A DNA stretch of 64,000 nt from an uncultured Planctomycetota bacterium (GTDB lineage: Bacteria > Planctomycetota > Planctomycetia > Isosphaerales > Isosphaeraceae), in the NCBI GenBank assembly GCA_963737655.1, contig CAVTTN010000002.1, forward strand, positions 1,664,001-1,728,000. Reading direction: 5' to 3'. How positions within the stretch are numbered: position 1 is the stretch's first letter; each line of letters opens with the position of its first letter. Position numbers and translations under genes: made by a program. The notes beneath the pieces are model-generated. The model had not been told where the DNA came from and ran no database searches. It saw nothing but the letters and a program-made list of their open reading frames with translations. Of the stretch, positions 1 to 10,652 are shown in pieces.

Positions 1-146
1 AAGTAAAGGAGATCGAAGTCACCATCAACACTTGCATCACTCATGCAGAGAGTCTGGTAAGATGATCGGAGCAGACTTTGGATAATTGGATCTTCAATTT
101 CGTTCAGAAATTCAGATGCGAGCTTGTGGTTTATGAAAGCACCCAA
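1..146 (-). CDS. probable immunity protein of the Rhs toxin (partial, runs off window)
   Basis: TTG at 146 preceded by GGAGG at the end of the toxin ORF; open frame MGAFINHKLASEFLNEIEDPIIQSLLRSSYQTLCMSDASVDGDFDLLY...; low GC; directly downstream of the toxin C-terminus. Confidence 0.55.
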   Translation of the reverse strand, partial: MGAFINHKLASEFLNEIEDPIIQSLLRSSYQTLCMSDASVDGDFDLLY

Positions 147-150
147 CGTG

Positions 151-2181
151 TCATCCTCCAGGAACGAGAAGTTCGGCACCAGATAGATCGACATCGAAAA
201 TCTTACCTCCGCCTCCTCCGATAGGTTTGATTTTTGACGGGTCGAACTCCATTCGTAGAACAGATCCATCTGGCCGTACCACTACGACATTCTTGAGGCC
301 GGGTCTCTGCCCAGAGCCAATGAAGAGAAAGTCACCTTTCAGAGAACGTGCCTCTTGGGCAAGAAATTCGGGATTAGCCTCTTTGGCCCGCCTAATCATA
401 TCTCGGCCGGCGTTGATCTTGTCTTGGAAACTCCCTTTTCCCATACTGTTGACGATATCTTGTCTGCTGGCAGGTTTGATAGGTCCACTGTTTGGAGCGA
501 CGTTTCCGGGCGTGCCTGAGACGTTGTGGACGAGGGCCTGGGCCTCGCCCGCGGCGAAGGAGTGCAGCCCCTCGACGGTCAGGTTGCAGACCGGCATCCG
601 CTCGGGACGCAGCGTGACCCGGCGTATTGTAGCGGCCCCCTGGCCCCTGAGGAAGACCGCGTCGCCCTCGCGGACCTCGTGGGAATTGACCCACCGCCCC
701 GGGAGGGAGCCGCCCTGGTCCTCGTCCGGGCCGAGGTGCCTCGGGGTCGGGCGTCCGGTCAGGTCGTCTCCCCTGACCACCCAGAACGGATGAAAGGCGG
801 TGGCCGTGGCCCGTCCGGCGTCGGTCTCGAGCGTGACGATGGGGCCGTCGTAGACCGAGTCGTGGCGGCGCTCGACGGCGCACAGGCCCCAGAGGCCGGC
901 GAGGAAGTCGTAGGCCCAGACCCGGTCGCCGGCCGCGACCTCCCCGATGGGCCGCGGCCCCGCCTCGGTCGCCACCGGGGTATCGGGCGGGAAGCAGTTC
1001 GGCACATCTCTCGGGCAGAGGGTCCCCTCGGCCTCACGGGCCATCCTCCCGGACGGACTGATTTCCTCGGCCTCACGGACCATCCGTGTGAATGGATTCG
1101 CTTCCTCGATGCGTCCGGAGGTCACGGGGCCGCTCCGGCTCCCTCCGAACAACGGGATGAGCCTGCCGGTTGCTTCCATGATCGCGATGCCGCCAAGAAC
1201 CTTGGTGGCCTCGTGCTCGCCCTTGCTCCTGTGGAAGGGGAAGTCTTGGCTGTAGTCGTAATCATCTCTGTTGATCGGGGGTTCCGATACCTTGAGGAGT
1301 TCCTCGAAATCCTGGACATCTTCGGTCGTGAAAGAGGGCCTAGCCAGGGTGGTCGTGGGACTTCCAGAGCCGTTGGTGATGGTGCGAACGTTGCGTCGCA
1401 GGTAGTCGGCTTTCTGATACAATGAGTTATATTCATCTATTGCGTAATCGGTGACGCCGTTGACGGACTCGACAACGGTCTGGAAGGCGTCCAGCTTCTC
1501 TTCAGGCGTGGACCACGGGGTGGAAAGAGCGTTGGCTGCGCGGAGAAGATTGCCGGTGGCCTTCAAATAATTGTTGGCGGCTTCTTTCAAAGAATCCCGA
1601 AGCCCCGCGAAATAATTCCCGATTCCCGACAACCCCGTGGGGTCGGAGGCATCGGTGGGGGAGTTGCCGGCGAATCGGTAGGGGTTGGCGTCGGCGGCGA
1701 GTCCCAATGGGTCCTGGACGGTGAAGCGGCCGGTGGCCGGGTCGTACTCGCGGGCGTCGTCGTTATACATGGCGAGGGCCTGGTCGACGGCCATGCCCTG
1801 GAACTTGAACCGGCCGCCCGAGGCGGCGTTGCTCTCGGAGGTGATGTTGCCGAAGGGGTCGTAGGCGACGTGGTCGAGCGAGCCGCCTGCGGCCGAGACG
1901 ACGTCGCGGACCGATCCGCGGCCGTCGGCGAGATACCACGAGAGGGAGCCGCCGGAGGCGGTGGCGGCCAGGGGTGCGTCGGTGGCGGCGCGGAGTCCGG
2001 CCAGGGCGTCGTCGACGGGGGCGCCGCCGAGGTAGCGCGTCAGGAGGGTGCCGGAGGCGTTGAAGTCGGCGTAGGGGTCGGCGCCGTCGAAGACGGTGTA
2101 GGTCTGGGTGGTGAGGCCGGAGGCGGAGGTGTAGACGTCGGAGCCGATCCGTCGGCCGAGGGGGTCGTAGGTGAAGGTGGA
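151..2181 (-). CDS. 5'-truncated (orphan) Rhs-core protein with pretoxin HINT domain and C-terminal toxin tip
   Basis: The frame is open upstream of the ATG at 1794 (TFTYDPLGRRIG...HVAYDPFGNI) to a stop at 2212-2214 with no start codon; Rhs core REYDPATGRFTVQDPLG...DPTGL; HINT CFPPDTPVAT...NLTVEGLHSF...LVHN; lower-GC C-terminal tip. Confidence 0.85.
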   Translation of the reverse strand, partial: STFTYDPLGRRIGSDVYTSASGLTTQTYTVFDGADPYADFNASGTLLTRYLGGAPVDDALAGLRAATDAPLAATASGGSLSWYLADGRGSVRDVVSAAGGSLDHVAYDPFGNITSESNAASGGRFKFQGMAVDQALAMYNDDAREYDPATGRFTVQDPLGLAADANPYRFAGNSPTDASDPTGLSGIGNYFAGLRDSLKEAANNYLKATGNLLRAANALSTPWSTPEEKLDAFQTVVESVNGVTDYAIDEYNSLYQKADYLRRNVRTITNGSGSPTTTLARPSFTTEDVQDFEELLKVSEPPINRDDYDYSQDFPFHRSKGEHEATKVLGGIAIMEATGRLIPLFGGSRSGPVTSGRIEEANPFTRMVREAEEISPSGRMAREAEGTLCPRDVPNCFPPDTPVATEAGPRPIGEVAAGDRVWAYDFLAGLWGLCAVERRHDSVYDGPIVTLETDAGRATATAFHPFWVVRGDDLTGRPTPRHLGPDEDQGGSLPGRWVNSHEVREGDAVFLRGQGAATIRRVTLRPERMPVCNLTVEGLHSFAAGEAQALVHNVSGTPGNVAPNSGPIKPASRQDIVNSMGKGSFQDKINAGRDMIRRAKEANPEFLAQEARSLKGDFLFIGSGQRPGLKNVVVVRPDGSVLRMEFDPSKIKPIGGGGGKIFDVDLSGAELLVPGG

Positions 2182-2544
2182 AGAATCCGGAACGGGGTCA
2201 GGAGCGGATTCTCAGACTCGCGTGCAGGGAGTGTGCTCAAAACGGACCGCTTTTCCGCCCTTCTGCCCTCTTTTCCGCCCTGCGGAAGGCGTGGAAGAAA
2301 TACGCCTGCTCGATGGATTCCTCGCGGTCGAGCACGGGCATGGCGAGGAATCCGACCTATTCTCGAAGACGAGAGAGCGCGACGCGAGCGGATTCAGGAT
2401 ACCGCCGCCGAGGGCCCGGTAGCCAGCCCCGGGCCCGTCGCGGGATGGCTCGCTCGATCGCGGAACGGTTGACCCGGTGGTCCGAGAAGTGCTAGCATGC
2501 ACGGCTTCGACAGGCCGCCCTGATGAAGGTCCGGAGAAATCCCG

Positions 2545-3504
2545 GTGATGATGACATGGGTTGGGATCGTGGCCAACGCCAACTCGGGCCGGGGCAAGGG
2601 GCGTCAGCGGGTGGATCGCCTGGTGGCGGCGCTGAAGGCCCGGGGGATCGGCTCGCGGGTGGCCTGGAACGTCGAGGAGCGGTCGGCGATGGTGGCCGAG
2701 GCCGACGGCGACGCCGGGTGCCTGTGCCTGGTCGCCGCCGGGGGAGATGGCACGGTCGCCGCCCTGGTCAATGAGCATCCCCGGACGCCGATCACGGTCC
2801 TGCCGACCGGCACGGAGAACCTCTTCGCCCGCCATTTCGGGATCAGGAGGTCGCCGGAGGACGTGGCCGAGACGATCGCCCTGGGACGGACGATCCGGCT
2901 GGACCTGGGCGTCTCCTCGGGCCGGAGGTTCACCCTGATGGCCGGGGTGGGGTTCGATGCGGAGGTCGTCGGCCGCCACCACGCGGCGAGGCTCGGCCAC
3001 GCCGGGAGGATGAGGACGACCACGCGCTCGGCCTACGTCGAGCCGGTCCTCCGCGCCAGCTTCGCCTACAAGTTCCCGTCGCTGAGGCTCCAGGTCGAGG
3101 GGCCTTCGGGCCGGGAGGAGCTGGTCGGGACCACGGCGTTCCTGTTCAACCTGCCTCGGTACGCCCTGGGGCTGCCGATCGCGCCGGACGCCCAGGGGGA
3201 TGACGGCCTCCTGGACGTGGTCGTCTTCCGGGACGCCGGGGCGCTTCGGGCCCTGCATTACCTGTGGATGGTCTTCCGCGGCCTTCACCTCCGCCGCGAG
3301 GGGGTGTTCCACCGGAGGGCCTCGCGAGTGGTCGTCACGGCGACCGAGGACGTCCCGGTCCAGCTCGACGGCGACCCCGGCGGGCTGATCCGGGCCCGGG
3401 GCGACGACTCGGACCTGTCCGGCGACTGGTCGGCCGAGGTTTTGCCCTCGGCCCTGGGTGTCATGGTGCCGGAACGCTACATGCCGGCCGTCGCAATCGC
3501 CTAA
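2545..3504 (+). CDS. diacylglycerol/lipid kinase family protein
   Basis: NANSGRG, AAGGDGT, LPTGTENLFA, GVGFDA, QLDGD motifs. Confidence 0.9.
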   Translation: MMMTWVGIVANANSGRGKGRQRVDRLVAALKARGIGSRVAWNVEERSAMVAEADGDAGCLCLVAAGGDGTVAALVNEHPRTPITVLPTGTENLFARHFGIRRSPEDVAETIALGRTIRLDLGVSSGRRFTLMAGVGFDAEVVGRHHAARLGHAGRMRTTTRSAYVEPVLRASFAYKFPSLRLQVEGPSGREELVGTTAFLFNLPRYALGLPIAPDAQGDDGLLDVVVFRDAGALRALHYLWMVFRGLHLRREGVFHRRASRVVVTATEDVPVQLDGDPGGLIRARGDDSDLSGDWSAEVLPSALGVMVPERYMPAVAIA

Positions 3505-3878
3505 TCCGGGGAGATTCGTCGGGTCGATCACCGTTTTCCTGGCGAATGATCTGCAGATATTCGCAAATCGTGCGTGGATGGCTGGTCGGACCTCCGGGCC
3601 TTCCTATAAAATCCCCTGACGCGATCGACCTTGAAGGCCGACCGCCCGAGGAGGAACGAGGACGGTGTCGCGAGCGTCCAGCTCGCTCGGCGCCGGGCCT
3701 TTGATCTCCTCCGCGCCGACGGAGGCCCTCCGATCGGCGCGGACTCATCGGCCAGGGATGGAGAGACAATCCCCTGTTCGTGTGAGTCCATCAACCGCAT
3801 GTTCGGGCCCGCGCCGACGCCGCCCAATCCCCCTTCGGGGGGACCGTTCGCGGACCCGACGAGGAGTCACGAGGGATC

Positions 3879-4916
3879 ATGAAGCGTTCTGCGATGAGCA
3901 TGCTGGCCCTGGCCGCGATCCTGACGGCCCCGGGCCTCGCCTCGGCCGATTACAATTATGGAGACTTGACGACCTGGGACCTCGTCGTCATCGGCAAGGA
4001 CCTCTCGGCGACCCACGGCGCCGGCAATAACGGCAATTATCACGTCGGCGGCGATGTCGAGGGCCGGGCCCTGGCCGGCTCGACGGTCAACGGCAACGAC
4101 GGGCCGATCGGGATTCGCTTGCAGAATATCTCCACGTTCAATAACGCAGATACGTTCGTGGCCATCGGCGCCGTGGGCAATCCGGTGCAGGTCCAGAACG
4201 GCGGCGCGAGGGTCATGGATCAGTCGTCGGCGAACAACATCCACTTGAATGGGACCGGCTCGACGATCGTGGATTCGACGATCGCCGGTGCCGGCACCAG
4301 CAACAGCCTGTTCACCCAGTTGACCGGGGTCTCGACCAACCTGGAGGCGCTCGCGCCTCAGGGCCAGGCCGTCGGCGCCCAGAACGGCAATTACACCTTC
4401 ACGACCTCGGCGGCCAACACCCACAACGGCGTGGCCGTCTTCAACATCGACGGCAGCCTGCTCAACACGCAGAACGTCAACCTCGACCTGAGCAACGCCT
4501 CCGGCGCCACCACGATCGTGTTCAACGTCTCCGGCAAGAACGTGACGATCGGCGACAACTTCGGCGGGGGGTTCCAGAACAACTCCACCAAGATCATCTA
4601 CAACTTCTTCAACGCCGATTCGGTGACGGTCAATCGCGAGATCTACGGGGCATTCCTCGCGCCGACGGCCCTCCTGACCAACACCAGCCCGATCGACGGC
4701 CCGACGTTCGTCAACACGTTCAACCAGGGGGCCGAGATCCACCTGCCGACGCAGAGCTTCAACGGCACCCCGGGCTTCGGCCCGACGACGAAGCTCTTTC
4801 CGGGCCTGTTCCCGGTCTCGGCGGTGCCCGAGCCCGGATCGATCGCCCTCCTGACGATCGGAGGGGCCGGTGCGTTGACCGCCCTCCGCAAGAAGAAGGC
4901 GAGGGCCGGGGCCTGA
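3879..4916 (+). CDS. secreted choice-of-anchor A-like protein with PEP-CTERM sorting signal
   Basis: Signal peptide, GDVEGR motif, N/G-rich beta domain, C-terminal VPEPGS-TM-RKKK. Confidence 0.8.
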   Translation: MKRSAMSMLALAAILTAPGLASADYNYGDLTTWDLVVIGKDLSATHGAGNNGNYHVGGDVEGRALAGSTVNGNDGPIGIRLQNISTFNNADTFVAIGAVGNPVQVQNGGARVMDQSSANNIHLNGTGSTIVDSTIAGAGTSNSLFTQLTGVSTNLEALAPQGQAVGAQNGNYTFTTSAANTHNGVAVFNIDGSLLNTQNVNLDLSNASGATTIVFNVSGKNVTIGDNFGGGFQNNSTKIIYNFFNADSVTVNREIYGAFLAPTALLTNTSPIDGPTFVNTFNQGAEIHLPTQSFNGTPGFGPTTKLFPGLFPVSAVPEPGSIALLTIGGAGALTALRKKKARAGA

Positions 4917-5059
4917 TCGCTCGTTCCGAGGATTCCGACGGGGGAGGCCCGCTCTCGATCTCGAAATCGAGGGTGGGCCTTCGCGTTCCCAGGGGAAGCG
5001 GTTTTCGGGTAAGATCGGCCCGGAGCCCCAAGCCCCCAGGCCGCACGGAGGCGATCGCC

Positions 5060-5884
5060 ATGCCCGTCCCGAACCCCGTCGTCGTCGGCCCGGTGAGGAT
5101 CGGCCGGGGCCAGCCCCTGGCCCTGATCGCCGGCCCGTGCGTGATGGAGCCCAACGACCTGACCCGGACGATCGCCGGCCGCCTCGTCGAGATCTGCGGC
5201 GCCCTGGGCGTTCCCTTGGTCTTCAAGGCGTCGTTCGACAAGGCCAACCGCACGTCGAAATCGAGCTATCGGGGGCCCGGGCTGGAAGGCGGGATGCGGG
5301 TCTTCGAGAGGATCAAGGCCGAGACGGGCCTGCCGGTGACGACCGACGTCCACGAGACCCACCAGGCCGCCCCGATCGCCGAGGTCGTGGATCTCCTCCA
5401 GATCCCCGCGTTCCTGGCCCGCCAGACCGACCTCCTGGAAGCGGCGTCGGCCACCGGCCGCCCCCTGAACGTCAAGAAGGGGCAATTCATGGCCCCGTGG
5501 GACATGGCCCACGTCGTCGCCAAGGTCACCGAATCGGGCCCCGGAGGGGTCCTCCTGACCGAGAGAGGGACCACCTTCGGCTACGGCCGGCTGGTCAACG
5601 ACATGAGGGCCATCCCCCAGATGCAATCCACCGGGGCCCCGGTCGTCTTCGACGCCACCCACTCGGTCCAGCTCCCCTCGGCGGGGGCCGGGGTGTCGTC
5701 CGGAGAAAGGGAGATGGTGCCGTTCCTGGCGAAGGCGGCGGTGGCGGCGGGGTGCGACGCCCTGTTCCTCGAAGTCCACCCCCGGCCCGAGGACGCGCTG
5801 TCCGACGGCCCCAACGCCCTCCGCCTGGACGACCTGGCGGCGCTGCTCGGGACGGTCCTGCGAATCCGGGAGGCGATCGGCTGA
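5060..5884 (+). CDS. kdsA: 3-deoxy-8-phosphooctulonate (KDO8P) synthase
   Basis: [52 protein letters not shown] motifs. Confidence 0.95.
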   Translation: MPVPNPVVVGPVRIGRGQPLALIAGPCVMEPNDLTRTIAGRLVEICGALGVPLVFKASFDKANRTSKSSYRGPGLEGGMRVFERIKAETGLPVTTDVHETHQAAPIAEVVDLLQIPAFLARQTDLLEAASATGRPLNVKKGQFMAPWDMAHVVAKVTESGPGGVLLTERGTTFGYGRLVNDMRAIPQMQSTGAPVVFDATHSVQLPSAGAGVSSGEREMVPFLAKAAVAAGCDALFLEVHPRPEDALSDGPNALRLDDLAALLGTVLRIREAIG

Positions 5885-6017
5885 AGGGGCGCCCTGGCGG
5901 ATTCGAAGGGCCGAGGCGAACCTTCGGGCCTCGGGCCGCGTACTGGAGAAATCGCGGACGTCCGCTCCGCGCGCCCACGCCCCTGACCCCCCGATCGGCC
6001 GATCCCAGGAGCCTCCC

Positions 6018-7745
6018 GTGACTCGGCGACTCCGCCCCTTCCCCGGCGTCCTGCTCGCCCCGGCCGCGGCGCTGGCCCTGATGGCCTCCGGGTGCTCGGA
6101 CTTCTCCTCGCCTCCGCCGCCGGTCGCCCCGGGGTCGTCCCCCGGTTCGATCTCGGGCGCCGTCGGCGACGGCTCCTCGGGCCTCGACCCGGAGGGGCGG
6201 AAGACGATCATCGACAACGTCTTGAAGCTGATCCGCGACGCCGCGACCAACGCCGGCGGCCACAACTTCGACATCGCCACCGAGAACCTCAACGACTACT
6301 TCGCCCCCGAATCGGCCGACCGCTTCGCCATCCCCGAGGCCACCCTCGCCTATCTGAAGACCCAGAAGCTCCCGCCCGACACGATCCAGGCCGTCGCCGA
6401 CCGCCGGTTCCAGAAGAACGACGGCCGACACATCGAGGACAACGACGTCTACCACGCCATCGCCTCCCGGGTGGCCGGCGAGAGGCTCGCGGGCGAGGCC
6501 GACGACCTGCCTCGGGTCCGCCGCCTGTTCGACTGGACCGTCCGCCACGCCATGCTGGTCCCCTCGGGCTCCCTGGTCCCCTCCGGGATGCCCCAGGCCC
6601 AGGCCCGGCCATATGACGTGTTGCTCCGCGGGATGGCCACCGAGGATCGCGGCGATTGGTCCGAACGCGGCTGGCTGTTCCTGACCCTCTGCCGGCAGAT
6701 CGGCATCGACGCCGGGATGATCGCCTACACCATCCCGATCCGACCTCACGGCCCCCTGGCGAAGTACGGGACCAGGCAGTTGACCGACCGCCTCCAGGCC
6801 CTGGCCGGCACCGGGGTCCGCGACCCCATGCCCTGGGCCTGCGGCGTCCTGATCGACGGCAAGGTCTACCTGTTCGACCCCCGGCTCGGCGTGGAAATCC
6901 CCTCCGCCGACGGCCGATCGGTGGCGACCCTCGAAGACGCGGCCACCGATCCGACCGTCCTGGCCCGGCTGGACCTGCCCGGCCGAGGCTACGAACCCAC
7001 CCGGATCGACCTGGCGAGCCGGCCGGTCCACGTCCTCCTGGAATCCAGCCTCGGCAGCCTCTCCCCCCGGATGAAGCTCCTCCAGGAGGCCCTGACCGGC
7101 AAGAACCGGATGAGCCTCTACCGCGACCCGGTCGAGCAGGCCGAGGCGTTCCGCAAGGCCCTGGGCCCTCGATGCGCCGGGGTGGACCTCTGGTCCCTGC
7201 CCCTGACCGTCGAGTACCTCCTGTTCCACGACGGCAACTTCACCGCCGCCACGCTCTACCCCCTCCAGTTCTTCGAGTCCCGATGGCCCCTGCTCTCGGC
7301 GAGGCTGACGCAGCTCCGCGGCGACCTGCCCGGCGCGATCCTCAAGTACGTCTCCTTCCGGTTCTCCGACGACACCTACGAGGCCGACGGCCGGACGAGG
7401 GTCCCGCAGAACGTCCAGCACGTCCTGGACATGTTCGCCACCTATTACCTCGCCCTCGGCCAGCTCGACAAGGGGGACCGCAAGCAGGCGGAATTCCTCT
7501 TCCGGGAGACCAGGCGGCTCCTGCCCGAGCCCGTCCGGGGCCAGCCCTTCACCATGTTCGGCTGGGGGGCCGAGACCAACCTCGGCCTGATCTGCCTCGA
7601 CGCCGGCCGGACGGCCGAGGCCATCCACTTCCTGACCATCGAACAGCCCACGGCCCAGGCCCACGGCAACCTCGTCCGGGCCCGAGAGCTGATCTGGCAA
7701 GACCCCTTCGCCACCACCCCAAGCCAGGCCCAGACCGGCCGATAA
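6018..7745 (+). CDS. hypothetical lipoprotein (possible transglutaminase-like fold, TPR-like C-terminus)
   Basis: Long ORF with GC3-biased codons; lipobox-like MASGC. Confidence 0.7.
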   Translation: MTRRLRPFPGVLLAPAAALALMASGCSDFSSPPPPVAPGSSPGSISGAVGDGSSGLDPEGRKTIIDNVLKLIRDAATNAGGHNFDIATENLNDYFAPESADRFAIPEATLAYLKTQKLPPDTIQAVADRRFQKNDGRHIEDNDVYHAIASRVAGERLAGEADDLPRVRRLFDWTVRHAMLVPSGSLVPSGMPQAQARPYDVLLRGMATEDRGDWSERGWLFLTLCRQIGIDAGMIAYTIPIRPHGPLAKYGTRQLTDRLQALAGTGVRDPMPWACGVLIDGKVYLFDPRLGVEIPSADGRSVATLEDAATDPTVLARLDLPGRGYEPTRIDLASRPVHVLLESSLGSLSPRMKLLQEALTGKNRMSLYRDPVEQAEAFRKALGPRCAGVDLWSLPLTVEYLLFHDGNFTAATLYPLQFFESRWPLLSARLTQLRGDLPGAILKYVSFRFSDDTYEADGRTRVPQNVQHVLDMFATYYLALGQLDKGDRKQAEFLFRETRRLLPEPVRGQPFTMFGWGAETNLGLICLDAGRTAEAIHFLTIEQPTAQAHGNLVRARELIWQDPFATTPSQAQTGR

Positions 7746-8672
7746 GCCGCCGAAATCCTCGCGGATCGGACGCGTTCAGCCCGTCGAATCGCGGTCCCTG
7801 TCGGGTCCGCTCTTGCGGACCTCTTCGATCTCGCATCATCGCGAAGAGGTCGACAAAATCCGCGATCCGACCCGCTCAACAGGAACCTCGGACCTTCGGC
7901 GGGCGGCACGGGTCGAACCCGACCCAGGGCACCCGGCGCGAGGAGTCGGAACGGACCGACCCGACCAACCCCCGACCCGGCCAGGACCGTTCGAGCCGAG
8001 GGCCTCGCCTCGCGACGAACCCCGGACACCGACCGACCCTCGGCCCATCGCCGTCCGAACCCATCCCCGGCCCTCACGTCCCACCCCCGATCCCACGAAT
8101 CAAGATCCCGACCCCCACGTCCATCCTCGCCAATCCCTCCGAACCAAACCATCGAGACCGCACCCCACCCCCGATCACCCAATCCCGCCACCACACCCGA
8201 CCAACCTCCCGAACGCCCCCTCACGCCCCACCCCAAACGGTCCACCCATTCCGACGAAAACCGGCGACGATTCCCCAAAAATTCACTCGACACAAGCCGT
8301 TCCAGCATCCAGCTTTGCCGGTCAAAACCAAACGAATTCTCGGATCGGAACTCCTGCCCTGGCAACAGTGACTGCGCGCCAGAAAACCCTGGAAAAACCG
8401 CCCTCCGGCGCAGTTTTTCGGGAAAAAGTGTCGTCAAGTTCCTCCAAATCAACGGTCATGCACCTCTAGCCTCGAGAAAAGTTGAGCAATCCAAGAAATG
8501 AGTAGAATCCAAATCAATAAATCGCAAAACATCGGCAAAATGGACGCTCGCCAGCCCGCAAACCCGACCCCACCCGCTCCTCCCCGGCGGATTTCCCGGA
8601 AGCCCCAGACCCCCCAGGATCGCAAGCCCCGGGAACCGTCGAGTGAGCCCTCAGAAATCAAAATTTGGGTGA

Positions 8673-8745
8673 CATGCTCACGTCTTCGTAAGAGTGGATT
8701 CGGCCGGGTTCGAATAGAAGACATGCCTACGAAGACGTGAGCATG
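8673..8745. repeat. REP-like inverted repeat
   Basis: CATGCTCACGTCTTCGTA (8673-8690) / TACGAAGACGTGAGCATG (8728-8745), 18-bp perfect IR. Confidence 0.75.
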
Positions 8746-8766
8746 CCATCCGACCAAAGAAAATCC

Positions 8767-8795
8767 TTGCAAGGCGAACTCGCCGTCGGCAAAAT
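8767..8795 (+). promoter_or_regulatory. candidate Pc-like sigma70 promoter facing the cassette array
   Basis: TTGCAA-17 nt-CAAAAT about 110 bp upstream of the attI-like site. Confidence 0.45.
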
Positions 8796-8819
8796 CAACA
8801 ACCGGCCCGAGATTATCCA

Positions 8820-8853
8820 TCCGAAACGACGTGATAAATCACGTCGTTTCGGA
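8820..8853. promoter_or_regulatory. perfect 16-bp palindrome (possible operator)
   Basis: TCCGAAACGACGTGAT-AA-ATCACGTCGTTTCGGA between the promoter candidate and the attI-like site. Confidence 0.5.
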
Positions 8854-8894
8854 CGCATAATCCCGCAAATTCGGGGATTCTGCGTCACTTTCGA

Positions 8895-8913
8895 TGTCTA
8901 CTTCATGTTAGGC
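8895..8913 (+). other. attI-like site at the head of the cassette array
   Basis: TGTCTAC-TTCAT-GTTAGGC: GTTRRRY core with a degenerate inverted box 5 nt upstream and no attC hairpin before it. Confidence 0.55.
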
Positions 8914-9104
8914 GGCTCGGCAACCGGTCGAGCCGGGGAGGGGGATGCGATGCCCGTTCGGCCGTTCGCGCCTCGTCGCCGTGCCGGTCGTCGCGTCGCC
9001 GTGCCGGTCGTCGCGTCGCCGTCGGCCGCGCCCCGCGTCGTCGCCGCCCGGGGTGGCGCGCGTGGTCGCCGCCGGCGGTCGTGCCCCGCGCGGTCGCGCC
9101 GCCT

Positions 9105-9484
9105 CTTCGTGAACTCTTTGGCTGGGAACGGCCATCGACGCGCGACACTACCCCAACCCCAGGCTTTGTGGCCGGGCAGCGGCGAGGTCCGGGTAGCAAA
9201 CCGACGGATTCAAGAGCGGCGGACGAGGCGCGGGCCGAGAGGGGAGTCGGTTACGCTTGCAGTCTCTTCGACGGGAACATCCCCGCGAGTCGGCTCGCGG
9301 GGCGTCGCCAATGACCGGATCACGACCTCTCGGGCCAGGCTAACCTACGGGCAGGGAGCACCAAGGTGGAGACGGCCGGGAGGCCCGCGCCACACTCAGG
9401 CTACGCCGCGCCGGGTCGGCGGGCAAGTCGTCCCCGACCCCCGTTCACGCCCCGTCGGGAGCGGACGAAGGCCGCAGGATGGTT
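9105..9484 (-). mobile_element. 380-bp non-autonomous IS110-derived mini-element, copy 1, inserted in attC
   Basis: Inserted at GCCT|AAC; homologous to the non-coding end of the IS110 at 13049-13337; no transposase ORF. Confidence 0.9.
9230..9392 (-). ncRNA. putative bridge RNA of the mini-element (boundaries approximate; also present in copies 2-4)
   Basis: Two stem-enclosed loops on the minus strand; AGGTTAG (plus CTAACCT 9340-9346) matches the attC target; CGAAGAG (plus CTCTTCG 9264-9270) matches the element end junction 9103-9109. Confidence 0.7.
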
Positions 9485-9579
9485 AACCTCGCGCTGCAGC
9501 GGACCCCACCCGCCGCATCGGTTTCTGGTAGATTCAAGGTCGCTCGTGCGGGTGGGTCCGCTGAGCTTGGCCGTTAGGC
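9485..9579 (+). other. attC site 1 (R'' box split by mini-element)
   Basis: AAC...GCTGCAGCGGACCCCACCCGC / GCGGGTGGGTCCGCTGAGC...GTTAGGC with extrahelical bases. Confidence 0.9.
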
Positions 9580-10565
9580 GGCTCAGGAGTCGAAGCCTTC
9601 GGTCGTGCTCGTCGTCGGCCTCGCCGGTCGCGCCTCGGCTCGACGACGCCATCGGTCGGGCCCCTGGAGTCGGCCTCGGCGGTGGTGCGCGTCGTCGCCC
9701 TCGCCGGCCGCGCCCCCGAGGTCGGGCCCGTCGGCCGGCGCCCCCTTGCCAACGCCGTCGGTCCGTGCCAGGATCGTCGGTGTCGGCGCGTGGGGCGTCG
9801 CCGGGCGCCGCCTAACCCGGCGCTGCAGCGGACCCGGCCCGCGGTCGACGATCACTCTCCTCTCAATCTCGCCGGGCGCGGGCCGGTCCGCTGAGCTTTG
9901 TCGTTAGGCGGCTCAGGAGTCGAAGCCTTCGGTCGTGCTCGTCGTCGGCCTCGCCGGTCGCGCCTCGGCTCGACGACGCCATCGGTCGGGCCCCTGGAGT
10001 CGGCCTCGGCGGTGGTGCGCGTCGTCGCCCTCGCCGGCCGCGCCCCCGAGGTCGGGCCCGTCGGCCGGCGCCCCCTTGCCAACGCCGTCGGTCCGTGCCA
10101 GGATCGTCGGTGTCGGCGCGTGGGGCGTCGCCGGGGCGCCGCCTAACCCGGCGCTGCAGCGGACCCGGCCCGCGGTCGACGATCACTCTCCTCTCAATCT
10201 CGCCGGGCGCGGGCCGGTCCGCTGAGCTTTGTCGTTAGGCGGCTCAGGAGTCGAAGCCTTCGGTCGTGCTCGTCGTCGGCCTCGCCGGTCGTGCCTCGGC
10301 TCGACGACGCCATCGGTCGGGCCCCTGGAGTCGGCCTCGGCGGTGGTGCGCGTCGTCGCCCTCGCCGGCCGCGCCCCCGAGGTCGGGCCCGTCGGCCGGC
10401 GCCCCCTTGCCAACGCCGTCGGTCCGTGCCAGGATCGTCGGTGTCGGCGCGTGGGGCGTCGCCGGGGCGCCGCCTAACCCGGCGCTGCAGCGGACCCGGC
10501 CCGCGGTCGACGATCACTCTCCTCTCAATCTCGCCGGGCGCGGGCCGGTCCGCTGAGCTTTGTCG
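9574..10565 (+). repeat. three tandem copies (330/331/331 bp) of an apparently ORF-less cassette, each with an intact attC (9810-9909, 10141-10240, 10472-10571)
   Basis: Near-identical units bounded by G|TTAGGC crossovers; attC GCCTAAC...GTTAGGC, 100 bp. Confidence 0.9.
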
Positions 10566-10652
10566 TTAGGCGGCTAGGAGATGACGTCGCCGGAAGCACG
10601 CACAATCCGACGACCCTTTCGATGGAACGGCCGATCTCGCGGCGGGGCGTTT

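Noticed and set aside
7750..8670. ORFs or an integrase remnant upstream of the array
   Set aside because: C/A-skewed low-complexity sequence, no RHRY motifs, no credible codon bias.
9105..9484. 380-bp element as a group IIC-attC intron remnant
   Set aside because: It occupies a similar attC position, but the minus strand starts AACCATCC rather than GTGCG, no domain V is evident, and it is homologous to the IS110 non-coding end.
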